Notes: generated by a model from the letters alone, not told the origin. DNA of 32,927 bases from Eubacteriales bacterium (GCA_045638325.1 JAZUBE010000110.1:1-32927); one strand, 5' to 3'; counted from the stretch's first letter, positions 1 through 8,703 are shown. A program made the numbers and translations.

Positions 1-73
1 TTTCGGATAAAAAGTGCAATTCATCCTCGGAAAAGTGTCGTTTGTCAGTTTTTGAGCGAGAAAAGAAAAAGAG

Positions 74-82
74 TGGTATAAT
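74..82 (+). promoter_or_regulatory. candidate extended -10 promoter upstream of the WXG100 pair
   Basis: TGgTATAAT at 74-82, about 65 nt upstream of the ATG at 149. No convincing -35 hexamer at 17-nt spacing. Confidence 0.35.
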
Positions 83-148
83 GATAACGTCGAAAGAACA
101 AAAGGCAAAAACGAAACAAAAACACAATAAGAAAAGAGGAAAATTACT

Positions 149-445
149 ATGATCAGAGTATCGGCAAACGAGCTTATCGCAAAGGCGAATGAGCTTAAGA
201 ATCTTAACGCACAGCTGAGAGCCTCCATCGGAGAGCTTGAATCAACGGAGGAGACACTGAGAACAATGTGGGAGGGCGAGGCAAACAACGCATTCCACAC
301 CGCATTCACAAATGACAAGATCCAGATGACAAACTTCTACAATGCGATCGAAGTATACATCTACCGCCTCCTTGAGATTGCATCAAAGTATCAGCAGGCA
401 GAGGCAACAAGCGCAGAGATCGCAGCAACAAGAACATACCACTGA
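149..445 (+). CDS. WXG100 family (EsxA-like) small secreted protein, type VII secretion substrate
   Basis: 98 aa, predicted helical hairpin with a central W-x-G motif (TMWEGEANNAF). RBS AAGAGGA lies upstream of the ATG. Confidence 0.85.
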   Translation: MIRVSANELIAKANELKNLNAQLRASIGELESTEETLRTMWEGEANNAFHTAFTNDKIQMTNFYNAIEVYIYRLLEIASKYQQAEATSAEIAATRTYH

Positions 446-478
446 TAATACGAGAGAAGAGAAAAGGAGAGATATACA

Positions 479-793
479 ATGGAAGGTATTCTTAGAGTAA
501 CACCCGCTGAGCTTATCAGCGTATCAAATGAATTCAGCGGAAGAGGAAGCGTGATCAGCTCCCTTACAACCGAGATGACAAATCAGGTGACCGGACTTTC
601 ATCAGTCTGGGAAGGCGATGCGGCAACCGCATTCGTAACCAAGTTCAGAGGGCTGGACGATGATATCCAGCTGATCAACAGAATGATCCAGGAGCACGTA
701 CAGGATCTCCAGGATATGGCTAATGCATACAGCCAGGCAGAAAGTGCAAATCTCAGCGATATCGAAGGACTTACCTCCGACGTTATCGTGTGA
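479..793 (+). CDS. WXG100 family (EsxB-like) small secreted protein
   Basis: 104 aa with a central W-x-G motif (SVWEGDAATAF). RBS AAAGGAGAG. Tandem with the first WXG100 gene, as in Esx pairs. Confidence 0.85.
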   Translation: MEGILRVTPAELISVSNEFSGRGSVISSLTTEMTNQVTGLSSVWEGDAATAFVTKFRGLDDDIQLINRMIQEHVQDLQDMANAYSQAESANLSDIEGLTSDVIV

Positions 794-808
794 TTTGAAT
801 AGATTATA

Positions 809-2578
809 TTATTTCGGAAGACAGAGAATAGTACAGAGAAGACGCAAAACTGTAAGATGTGGAAAAACATAAAACAAAAAGGTCGGTGGTACTCCACCGA
901 CCTTTTGTGTGTTATTTAAGAAGGATGCACGTCGAACCTTGGTTTGCGGGATAGTGTCTCTTTGGATATAGTTATTCCCGTTCGCAAACCCAGGTATATC
1001 TGCTTCGCAGATCTGCGAGGCTCGGCCCGATACGTCGGCAAAAAAAGAACAGGATGCACTTTGTGCATCCTGTTCTTTTTGGTGGACCACATTGGATGAT
1101 AAACAAAGTTTTTCTCCCGAAAGGCCATTTTCTATTTCATCAAAGAGTTTATCAGAGATCTCCACTTCCTCATCACCTGTATTGAAGGTGATAGTAAACT
1201 TATCATCATAAAGGAAGATCTTATTCACAAACATTTTTATAAGTGCTCTGCGGTATGTAATATCGTTAACATCACCTTTGGCAAGACTTTCAAGAAATTC
1301 TATCACCTGTTCCTCGGTAACCACAAAATGTCTTGCCTTCTCGATCTCAAGCTGTCTTTCAAGCTCAGCTATCTCTGCACCGATCTTCGCCAAATCCTCA
1401 AAAATCATATTCCGAATGGTATCATCCGAACACATACGGAGTGACTTCATCTGATTGTCCTTTTCTCTGTTTGCGTTCGCAATCAACCCTTCAAGTCTCT
1501 GAAGCTCTGCTTTGCTCTCCATGTTTGAGATCACCCACATCATCTCTTTGGCAATTCTCTTGATGTTCTTCGGAGTAAGCAGATTTCGGCACTCATTTAC
1601 AACAACATCTTCTATGTAATCTTTCTTTGCAAGCTTCTTTTTGCAGGGCTTACCTCCACCCGAATTCTTACATTTGTAGTAGTTGAAAATAACGCCTTTC
1701 TTGCTGATCTGATTTGAGCTGTGTCCTATCATTTTCTCCTTGCAGTAACCGCAGTAGAGCTTGCCCGACAAAAGATATTCTGCTTTCGCTCTTGACCTTG
1801 CGGGAGCTGCCTTGTTCCCCTCCATAATGGCGGCCACACGTGCAAACAATTCATCGTCGATTATCTGTGGCATACCGCCGGGATGCTCTATCCCTTTGTA
1901 TATGTAGATGCCGAGGTATTTGCGGTTTTTCAGCATCACATGAAGGGATGACCTGTTAAAACTTGCCCCGGAGGAAGTTTTGATACCTCTTTCGTTCAGA
2001 TTTTCGCAGATTTGTCTGACAGTCCATCCGTCAGCATATTTCTCGTAAACTTCTCGTACAATCGGCGCCGTCTTCTCGTCGATAACATATCTGTGATCTT
2101 CTATCTTATATCCAAGGGGAGTTGCACCACCGTTTGACAGACACTTCTCGGCATTGATAGCCATTCCTCTGTTAACTTTACGTGAAAGCTCTTTGGAATA
2201 GTATTCTGCCATGCCTACTAATACTGATTCAAGCACGATGCCCTCGGGTTCATCGGAAATGGCTTCTTTTGCACTTATGAGTTTTACATCATTCTTTTTC
2301 AAGGCATACGTGTATTTCGCACTGTCATACCTGTCTCGTGAGAATCTGTCTAACTGATAAACAATTACAGCTTGAAATACTTTCTTCTTACTATCGTTAA
2401 TCATACGCAGGAAGTTAGGTCTATCGTCTGTTCTTGCGCTGAATGCTTCGTCTACGTATTCTCCGACAATGGTATAACCATGCTGTTCCGCATATTCAGT
2501 ACAGACGGCACGCTGTCCCTCTATTGATTCTCTCCGCTGTTTGCTGTCAGAATACCTCAAATAAAGAACTACGTTCAT
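809..2578 (-). CDS. large serine recombinase (3' end uncertain)
   Basis: N-terminal resolvase catalytic domain (MNVVLYLRYSDSKQ..., Ser at position 10). This is followed by a recombinase domain, a Cys-rich zinc-ribbon segment (CGYCKEKM...YYKCKNSGGGKPC) and a coiled coil. RBS AAGGAGG. The last roughly 100 codons (809 to about 1130) run through two terminator hairpins and do not look protein-like. Confidence 0.85.
   Translation of the reverse strand: MNVVLYLRYSDSKQRRESIEGQRAVCTEYAEQHGYTIVGEYVDEAFSARTDDRPNFLRMINDSKKKVFQAVIVYQLDRFSRDRYDSAKYTYALKKNDVKLISAKEAISDEPEGIVLESVLVGMAEYYSKELSRKVNRGMAINAEKCLSNGGATPLGYKIEDHRYVIDEKTAPIVREVYEKYADGWTVRQICENLNERGIKTSSGASFNRSSLHVMLKNRKYLGIYIYKGIEHPGGMPQIIDDELFARVAAIMEGNKAAPARSRAKAEYLLSGKLYCGYCKEKMIGHSSNQISKKGVIFNYYKCKNSGGGKPCKKKLAKKDYIEDVVVNECRNLLTPKNIKRIAKEMMWVISNMESKAELQRLEGLIANANREKDNQMKSLRMCSDDTIRNMIFEDLAKIGAEIAELERQLEIEKARHFVVTEEQVIEFLESLAKGDVNDITYRRALIKMFVNKIFLYDDKFTITFNTGDEEVEISDKLFDEIENGLSGEKLCLSSNVVHQKEQDAQSASCSFFADVSGRASQICEADIPGFANGNNYIQRDTIPQTKVRRASFLNNTQKVGGVPPTFLFYVFPHLTVLRLLCTILCLPK
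876..907. terminator. bidirectional rho-independent terminator hairpin
   Basis: Perfect 9-bp stem ggtcggtgg (881-889) / ccaccgacc (894-902) with loop tact. An A5 run lies 5' and a T4 run 3'. Sits about 85 nt after the second WXG100 stop. Confidence 0.7.
1040..1080. terminator. bidirectional rho-independent terminator hairpin lying inside the annotated recombinase ORF tail
   Basis: 13-bp perfect stem gaacaggatgcac (1047-1059) / gtgcatcctgttc (1063-1075). Flanked by an A7 run (1040-1046) and a T5 run (1076-1080). Confidence 0.7.
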
Positions 2579-3195
2579 TGTTTAGCCTCCTTTTCCCTCT
2601 CCTCATTCACAAACTTGTAGAAAGTATTAGTCTTAAGTCCCAACACCTTCATAGCCGAGACTGCTGTGATCTCTTTGTTGCACCACTTCTGATATATCTC
2701 GTCCCATCCCTCGGGACGCTGTGCTCTCGGTCTGCCGATCTTCACGCCTTGTGCTTTTGCATTTGCAATGCCCTGTGCCTGTCTCGCCTTGATATTCTCC
2801 CTTTCCTTCGCAGCAACGTATGAGAGAATCTGTAATACAAGGTCAGAAACAAATCTGCTGTCTATGCTTTCACCGCTTGTTCTTGTATCAAGCAGTGGCA
2901 TATCGAGAACCTTTATATCTGCGCCAAGCTCACGGGTGATATACCGCCATTGTTCCTGTATCTCCGTATAATTACGCCCGAGCCTGTCAATGGCTGAAAC
3001 AACCAGCAAATCGCCCTTACGAATAGAGTTAAGAAGTCTTTGGTATTCGGGTCTGTCAAATGATTTTCCGCTGACCTTGTCAACGTATATATCCCTCTCC
3101 GAAATCCCAAACTCTCGCAAGGCATTCAGCTGTCTTGCTTCATTCTGTTCTTTGGTTGATACTCTTGCGTACCCGTGTGTTCTTGTATCTGTCAT
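2575..3195 (-). CDS. small serine recombinase (resolvase/invertase type with C-terminal HTH)
   Basis: MTDTRTHGYARVSTKEQN... is the canonical resolvase N-terminus with Ser at about position 12. The C-terminal part is HTH-like. I prefer the ATG at 3195 over the ORF-track start at 3246. The stop overlaps the downstream recombinase start (ATGA at 2575-2578). Confidence 0.88.
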   Translation of the reverse strand: MTDTRTHGYARVSTKEQNEARQLNALREFGISERDIYVDKVSGKSFDRPEYQRLLNSIRKGDLLVVSAIDRLGRNYTEIQEQWRYITRELGADIKVLDMPLLDTRTSGESIDSRFVSDLVLQILSYVAAKERENIKARQAQGIANAKAQGVKIGRPRAQRPEGWDEIYQKWCNKEITAVSAMKVLGLKTNTFYKFVNEEREKEAKQ

Positions 3196-3289
3196 ACTTT
3201 GCACCGCCTTTTTATTTATTATAAGATAGCTCTTTACAAAAGTCAACCCGATTTATAAATATATTTGTTATCGTCAACAAGCTTTTATA

Positions 3290-3322
3290 AACACGAAAAC
3301 CACAGGAATTACCCTGTGGTTT
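3290..3322 (-). terminator. rho-independent terminator downstream of the sigma-fusion gene
   Basis: 10-bp stem aaaccacagg (3297-3306) / cctgtggttt (3313-3322). On the minus strand it is followed by a T-rich tail (ttcgtgttt). Confidence 0.6.
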
Positions 3323-3476
3323 CGGTGTTTGTAAAGGTACACTTTTATAAAAGATGTGTGTTACTCATGTCCTGTAATAATGAACATGGCATTGCTTATA
3401 TATGCTTTCAGTATTAATGACATAAGTACACCGTCAAGAGCAACAAAAAAGGCTCCTCGCGACTGTATTATTGTTA

Positions 3477-6400
3477 TTACTTATCGCACAGTTTTCTGGC
3501 TCGTTCAATATACTCCTTGAAACGTTCCTCACCGCGAACGGAATTAAACCATTCCCATCCGGAACTTTGGTTAAGAACTTCATATGGGAGAGCAGGCGAA
3601 TTTGACATACGCCAGCCGTATTCAATAGGCTCAAAGCGTCCGTTTGGAAGCTGTATCTTTTCCGAATTGAACTGATATTTCACACCGCCAAAGACCTCGG
3701 CATTTCCCACATCAAGAAGTTCACCCTCCTTGAAAGAATTCGCCATTTCATAATATTCGATCATGATCTCAAGGTGGTTGTAACCATTCTCAGGCTCACC
3801 ATTGCCGAAATATGCTGCAGCTCTTATAAGAGCACACCAGGCATAAGCAGAATACCATGCAGGAGGCACATTACCGTCATCACCGAAAAGTTCCATAAGT
3901 CTCATGTTGAATCCCTGGACTTCTATCGATCTTTTGGCAGTCCAGATATTATGACTAGGCCTTGCAACAGCATGAAGCAACAAATGAAAATTGTTGACAC
4001 CATACATCATTTGTCCCTCTTGCCAATTTCCTTCTGAGCAGAGCTTGTCTTCAATCATCTCGCTCTGAACGGCACTATACCGGGTTATAGGAGGCGGTAA
4101 TCTGCGGATACCTGTGGCATCCTTGAAAATTACGATTTCTCCGTTACTGTCTTGCACATAAGTATACTCTGTACCACCTATAAAACCATCCGTAAGATCA
4201 AGAGCATCATATCGACGCACAAGACCGTCAGCCATAGGCATATAGCCATTACCTGTTCCTTCATAGGACGAAAGCTCGTATACTGCTGTTCTTGCACCGT
4301 CACAGTATTCATTTTCTGTTCTTATGATACCAATACCATCTGCGAAATAATAGACTTTTTTACCACCGCGATATGAAAGACCGTCTTCCATTCCATAAAT
4401 GTCCATTGATAATTTCAGACAGTTCTCAAAGGTTCCCGCCTTAGTAGTAATGCATCCGCCGTCTTCACAGGATATATTTGTTCTGATTGAACTGTCAAAA
4501 CGATGGTATTCAACGGTAGGTGTCATTCCGATTTGCCATTCATCCGACCAGATACAGTTTGTGGCATCGCTGAGAATACCGTAGATATCATTATAAAGTA
4601 ACGGGGTATCTGCGACTCCCATGATCATTTTAAGTTCAAACGACCATCTGGGGCCATGAGTGATTCTCAGGGTTCCGTCTTTTAAGTATACATTATTTCT
4701 ATCAAAGAAATTCCAATGTCCCGTATAATCGTTTCCGGGAGTTTCACAGGCTATAATTCGGCGTGCAACCGACACAGCAGCTTTGGAATGTGCCTTTTCC
4801 ATGGGTGTGACTGCCAGTGCCTCGGCCCTTTCAAGCGGCAGTGAAACATCACCTATTTTTCCTTCATCATTTTCGTAGATCCAATATTCATTACGGATCT
4901 GCTGGATCATATCAAGCCAACTGTTTTCATCATAGCGGAATCGTTCAGCAAATCCCCGTGTCGCAAGCATTACAGATTCACTGTCAGAGTGAGTAACCGT
5001 GACCTTAAACTCAGAGATCATAACGTCGTGATCGTATGTATCTGCATACTCCCACGTATTGCCGACAGCCAGGGGAAGGAGTCCTTTACCACCTGAAATA
5101 TTGTATTTTGCAAGCAGACGTACATCAGTAAGATCATCTATGGTATGCTCATACTTTACTATGCCGACACCGGATTTATACCATGCTTTATTGATACAGT
5201 ATCCGCTGTATTCCCCATACTGCTCGGTAACCCAAAGCTGACAATCTTCAAAAACTCCGCACGGTGTCTCTACGGTTTCTTCGCCAGAAACAAAAGTCAA
5301 TTTTGTACCGTCTGTCCCCGTACGTGATTCACCCACAGCCATTTTCTCATCGAAAAACCAACCGTCACAACGGGATATATTATGGAACATACTCAGAATA
5401 TTACGATCAAAGGAATACATATAACCTTCCCCGTATTCTTCCTGTTTCCAATGTCGTAAACTGCCGTCAATCAGGCGCAATTCCTCGGCTGTGGCATTGT
5501 TCACAAACCGATTTTTATATTTATCTCGGTAACCTGCTTCCATTTTGTTTTCCACTTCTCTCGCATATACCGTAAGCGCATAATACCTGTCCGCAGGAGT
5601 CAAGAGAGACTGCACCTTGTCGAATGCTGCGTATCCGTTCTCGGTCTGACCGTTTCTGAAGTATTCATACCCTAACCAAAACCACTCTCTCGCAAGTGTA
5701 TGTACAAGTCCTGCTTTTTCAAGAATGGGGATCTGCTTCTCCCGAATAAAATCGAGCTTGGCACCGCCGTATACCTGACTGTCTTCACGGGTGACGATAA
5801 ACTCCATTACTTCATCGTTCTTCCCCTGCAAAGCCGCTTCCCTGATTCTGGCAAACAAAGCATCGTTCTTATCACCGGGGAGCCACCACCAACCTCGCAT
5901 CAGCACGTCAGCGAGTGCGTGTTGTTTTTCAGTGCATTCGGGAAGCTCTTCCACCTCGCGAAGCACCTGTGCATATACTTTTTCAAATCCACTCTTGTCA
6001 TTTTTCACCTGCCACAGTTTAAGTTCTTCAACCTTTTTCATGACACGCTGTACAAGAGTATCACTATACTTTTCATCCATAGCGCAAAGTTCCTTTCTGA
6101 TTCGTTTTCTGCCATCGTGAAGCTGCCTTTTGACCGTTCCTTCGGAAATACGCATACGATCTGCGATCTCTGCAATGGAAAGATTTTCAAAATAGTGCAG
6201 ATGAATGATCTGTCGCACTTTCTCAGGCAACCTCTCAATGCCTTTGTTTACTTCGTCTCTTTCCTCGGACAGTGCATAAAGCTCTGCCGGATTCTCTGCC
6301 CCTTCATCAGTAATATTCAGATTATCCACTACGTCAAGGGGAAGAAAGCTTCGGTATCTGCTTATCATATTCAGAGCACAGTTTTTGGCAATACGGCACA

Positions 6401-6626
6401 CCCAGGAACCATACTTTTTAGGGTCTTGCAAAGTATTAAGTTTCATCCAAGCCGTAACAAAAGCATCCTGTGCAGCATCTTCAGCCATAAAATGATTCTT
6501 AGTAATCATAACAGCTGACGATACTACCGCTTTTTGATATCGTGTCACCAAAACTTCATAAGCCGTTTGTTCACCGGCAAGTGTGAGCATTACCAGTGTT
6601 TCGTCCTGCTCATGCTTGTAGTACAT
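3477..6626 (-). CDS. ECF-type sigma-70 family factor fused to a roughly 865-aa soluble C-terminal region
   Basis: The N-terminal ~185 aa carry a region 2 motif (DAAQDAFVTAWMKL...WVCRIAKNCALNMISR). They also carry a region 4 motif (LPEKVRQIIHLHYFENLSIAEIADRMRISEGTVKRQLHDGRKRIRKEL). No hydrophobic TM segment is seen afterwards. The likely start is the ATG at 6626 (RBS AAAGGAG); the track start at 6632 is a GTG. Confidence 0.85.
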   Translation of the reverse strand: MYYKHEQDETLVMLTLAGEQTAYEVLVTRYQKAVVSSAVMITKNHFMAEDAAQDAFVTAWMKLNTLQDPKKYGSWVCRIAKNCALNMISRYRSFLPLDVVDNLNITDEGAENPAELYALSEERDEVNKGIERLPEKVRQIIHLHYFENLSIAEIADRMRISEGTVKRQLHDGRKRIRKELCAMDEKYSDTLVQRVMKKVEELKLWQVKNDKSGFEKVYAQVLREVEELPECTEKQHALADVLMRGWWWLPGDKNDALFARIREAALQGKNDEVMEFIVTREDSQVYGGAKLDFIREKQIPILEKAGLVHTLAREWFWLGYEYFRNGQTENGYAAFDKVQSLLTPADRYYALTVYAREVENKMEAGYRDKYKNRFVNNATAEELRLIDGSLRHWKQEEYGEGYMYSFDRNILSMFHNISRCDGWFFDEKMAVGESRTGTDGTKLTFVSGEETVETPCGVFEDCQLWVTEQYGEYSGYCINKAWYKSGVGIVKYEHTIDDLTDVRLLAKYNISGGKGLLPLAVGNTWEYADTYDHDVMISEFKVTVTHSDSESVMLATRGFAERFRYDENSWLDMIQQIRNEYWIYENDEGKIGDVSLPLERAEALAVTPMEKAHSKAAVSVARRIIACETPGNDYTGHWNFFDRNNVYLKDGTLRITHGPRWSFELKMIMGVADTPLLYNDIYGILSDATNCIWSDEWQIGMTPTVEYHRFDSSIRTNISCEDGGCITTKAGTFENCLKLSMDIYGMEDGLSYRGGKKVYYFADGIGIIRTENEYCDGARTAVYELSSYEGTGNGYMPMADGLVRRYDALDLTDGFIGGTEYTYVQDSNGEIVIFKDATGIRRLPPPITRYSAVQSEMIEDKLCSEGNWQEGQMMYGVNNFHLLLHAVARPSHNIWTAKRSIEVQGFNMRLMELFGDDGNVPPAWYSAYAWCALIRAAAYFGNGEPENGYNHLEIMIEYYEMANSFKEGELLDVGNAEVFGGVKYQFNSEKIQLPNGRFEPIEYGWRMSNSPALPYEVLNQSSGWEWFNSVRGEERFKEYIERARKLCDK

Positions 6627-6721
6627 ATGCACTCTCCTTTCTTGTGATTTAGGAATTCCTTTTTTGAGCGCTTGTCTTTAAGACACAAATCAGAATGAAA
6701 AGGTTGTGTGATTTGAAATAA

Positions 6722-6750
6722 ATTATATCATAAATATGTGGATTAGTCTA
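6722..6750 (-). promoter_or_regulatory. candidate sigma-A promoter for the sigma-fusion gene
   Basis: Minus strand reads TAGACT - 17 nt - TATAAT with a TGn extension. The leader to the start codon would be about 90 nt. Confidence 0.4.
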
Positions 6751-6938
6751 TAAAATCACCGCTAGGATTAATTGTGTAATCATTCCCAGCGAAGATACCA
6801 TCTTTATGTGCCTTTAAGAAATTAAAATATGATATATCCATTCATACAGTTAAGTGAATGTATATACTATGTAAGTAAAAAATGGCTTTTCGCTTGGGTT
6901 AAATTGAAAAAATATATTTGACTATTAGAATATAAATC

Positions 6939-6975
6939 AAAAATCTCTCCTGTAATTTATACAAGAGAGATTTTT
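6939..6975 (-). terminator. terminator after the AT-rich cassette
   Basis: 11-bp arms aaaaatctctc (6939-6949) / gagagattttt (6965-6975), 35 nt downstream of the stop of the 214-aa gene. Confidence 0.55.
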
Positions 6976-7009
6976 CAATTAAAGGTAGTAGATTTATAAG
7001 ACGATTGAA

Positions 7010-7654
7010 TTACTTTTCGTCAGATTCGTCGTTATCAAAAATATTGTTGAATATATCAAGTATCTTATCCATATCATTTTTTAGATCTTTACACAAATCT
7101 ATATTAGCAAATAACGCAATGTTGGTTAAGCTTTGAGCATTGTTGGAATATAAATTAAAAAGATATTCAGCTTTTAGATTATCAAATCTAAACAGTTCAT
7201 AAACTTCATAACAGAAACGCTTAACTGTGAATCTTTTAATGATTACCCAGTCTGTAACTGTATTCAACAACTTCATCGAGCGATCAACTTCTTCGTCACT
7301 CAAAGCGGTTTCTGCTTTTACAACCTCATCTAATTCAGACTGTAATATTGTATTCTTGAACAAGTATTCTATCTTTTCTTTAAAAGTTTCGTAATCAAGG
7401 CTTCTGAAATATTCCATATCTTCATATGGTATTATTTGCTTAGTAATAATATTGATTACTATACTGCAGAATCTTTCATTTTTACATTGCTGACGTATAG
7501 TGTCAAATAATGCTTCTTTGTCCAGTCCATCTTTTACAGAATCTATCGTCTTATCAATTTCTTCGAAAAAAATCTTATCATTTGCAGAAATAAATTCATG
7601 TACGGCTTCATCCGTCATTTCTGATGCAAGGTTATTGCAAAATAAATCAAACAT
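7010..7654 (-). CDS. hypothetical acidic, predicted all-helical protein (214 aa), third gene of the AT-rich cassette
   Basis: Long ORF in very AT-rich DNA with RBS GGAGG 6 nt upstream of the ATG. Acidic C-terminal tail (DNDESDEK). I recognise no family motif. Confidence 0.7.
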   Translation of the reverse strand: MFDLFCNNLASEMTDEAVHEFISANDKIFFEEIDKTIDSVKDGLDKEALFDTIRQQCKNERFCSIVINIITKQIIPYEDMEYFRSLDYETFKEKIEYLFKNTILQSELDEVVKAETALSDEEVDRSMKLLNTVTDWVIIKRFTVKRFCYEVYELFRFDNLKAEYLFNLYSNNAQSLTNIALFANIDLCKDLKNDMDKILDIFNNIFDNDESDEK

Positions 7655-7671
7655 AATTTTCCTCCAATATG

Positions 7672-7697
7672 TTTACATGTATACTAGTACATGTAAA
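7672..7697. promoter_or_regulatory. perfect inverted repeat (candidate operator) just upstream of the 214-aa gene
   Basis: tttacatgta (7672-7681) / tacatgtaaa (7688-7697), perfect 10-bp arms with a 6-nt spacer. It begins 18 nt upstream of the ATG at 7654. Confidence 0.4.
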
Positions 7698-7777
7698 AAA
7701 GATTGTTATCTAAATCAATTTTATGTTTATAGTGTTTTTAATATAAAGTACATTATAAACATTGATTATAATACCAA

Positions 7778-8656
7778 TTAACTATGATAAATATAGCCGG
7801 TTAGTTCTTTACTGTTTTTTTCTGCATTTAATTTATAAGTATGCAGTATAAAAATATTATTTTCTTGCTCTAACCTATTTTCATAAGATTTTGCAGGATC
7901 AGGCATACTTCTAATCTTTGATATTTTTAATTTTTCACTGGATTTAAAAACCATATCAATTTTATGTCTTAATAATCCCTTTTCTTTTATATCTATTTGT
8001 GAAGACAACGCATGTAATACTTTTAATTTATTAGGTTTAACTTTACCAATTTCTTCAGACATCTCATCCAACAAAACATATACTTGTTTTACCGGTATTT
8101 GATGCTCAACCTTATTTGCTGTTGAGCGTTTGCTCTGTGAAAGCAGTTGCTGACCTTTCCGCGTTAAAGATAAATAACTTGTAGTACCAATTTTCTTCAC
8201 ATGAATCAATTCATATTTGTCAATTCTTCTTACAAAATTTGACAGATTACTACTTGATTTAAATTTTAATTCTTTTTTTAATTGAACGCCAGAAATAGTA
8301 TTGTGTCGCTGAATAGTTTCTAATACCGGCAACAATAGTGCATAATTCTTTGAAATTTGTTCTAATGTACATGATATATTATTAGCATCAATCAAATCAA
8401 GTACCAATTCTGTCATTGCTGCGATTCTGCCATAATTGAAACATATGTTATTGTTATCATTCTCTATATTAAGAGCATTGCTAATAGTTTCAAAATTGTC
8501 AGATAAAGCCTTAAAACTTTTCTCTAACGAGTCTATTCTTTCGTGTGTCAAAGATTCAAAAACCAATTTGTATATTGAATCACTTACCGCTTCTATATTA
8601 TCACTATTTTTGTTTTGAAAATCCTTAACATCAATAAGAGTGGTTTCCGTAGCCAT
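7778..8656 (-). CDS. hypothetical protein with a central winged-helix (MarR/wHTH-like) segment (292 aa), second gene of the cassette
   Basis: RBS AAGGAGG. The segment LLPVLETIQRHNTISGVQLKKELKFKSSSNLSNFVRRIDKYELIHVKKIGTTSYLSLTRKGQQLL has the helix-turn-helix plus wing pattern. Confidence 0.7.
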   Translation of the reverse strand: MATETTLIDVKDFQNKNSDNIEAVSDSIYKLVFESLTHERIDSLEKSFKALSDNFETISNALNIENDNNNICFNYGRIAAMTELVLDLIDANNISCTLEQISKNYALLLPVLETIQRHNTISGVQLKKELKFKSSSNLSNFVRRIDKYELIHVKKIGTTSYLSLTRKGQQLLSQSKRSTANKVEHQIPVKQVYVLLDEMSEEIGKVKPNKLKVLHALSSQIDIKEKGLLRHKIDMVFKSSEKLKISKIRSMPDPAKSYENRLEQENNIFILHTYKLNAEKNSKELTGYIYHS

Positions 8657-8703
8657 GTAAAAGCCTCCTTTGAAGTGAACTATGCGTATACTTCACCTAT
8701 ATT

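Noticed and set aside
583-897. A 104-aa minus-strand ORF overlapping the second WXG100 gene and its terminator.
   Set aside because: Antisense to a motif-supported gene, crosses a terminator hairpin and has no RBS.
932-942. An 11-nt exact match (tcgaaccttgg) between the left island junction region and the T-arm of the tRNA at 15429-15439, in the same orientation. This could be an att core or direct repeat.
   Set aside because: About one chance 11-mer match is expected when a 77-nt query is compared with 66 kb of two-strand sequence. The similarity does not extend toward the tRNA 3' end as a tRNA-derived att repeat should. The island encodes no tyrosine integrase. It would be worth revisiting only if island-free relatives place the junction here.
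916-1040. Possible tRNA pseudogene or tRNA-like structure on the minus strand, because of a GGTTCGA T-loop-like motif.
   Set aside because: No complementary T-stem, acceptor stem or anticodon arm can be drawn. Only generic hairpins and a palindrome are present.
5700-6518. A 272-aa plus-strand ORF (and 5791..6120) inside the sigma-fusion gene.
   Set aside because: Antisense shadow ORFs of a well-supported minus-strand gene. Their composition is Ser/Phe/Leu-rich, with no RBS and no motifs.
6745-6843. A short minus-strand ORF read by hand (MDISYFNFLKAHKDGIFAGNDYTINPSGDFID) in the AT-rich spacer upstream of the sigma-fusion gene.
   Set aside because: No RBS, and it overlaps the predicted sigma-gene promoter. 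At most it is a remnant of a decayed gene, and it cannot be supported from sequence alone.
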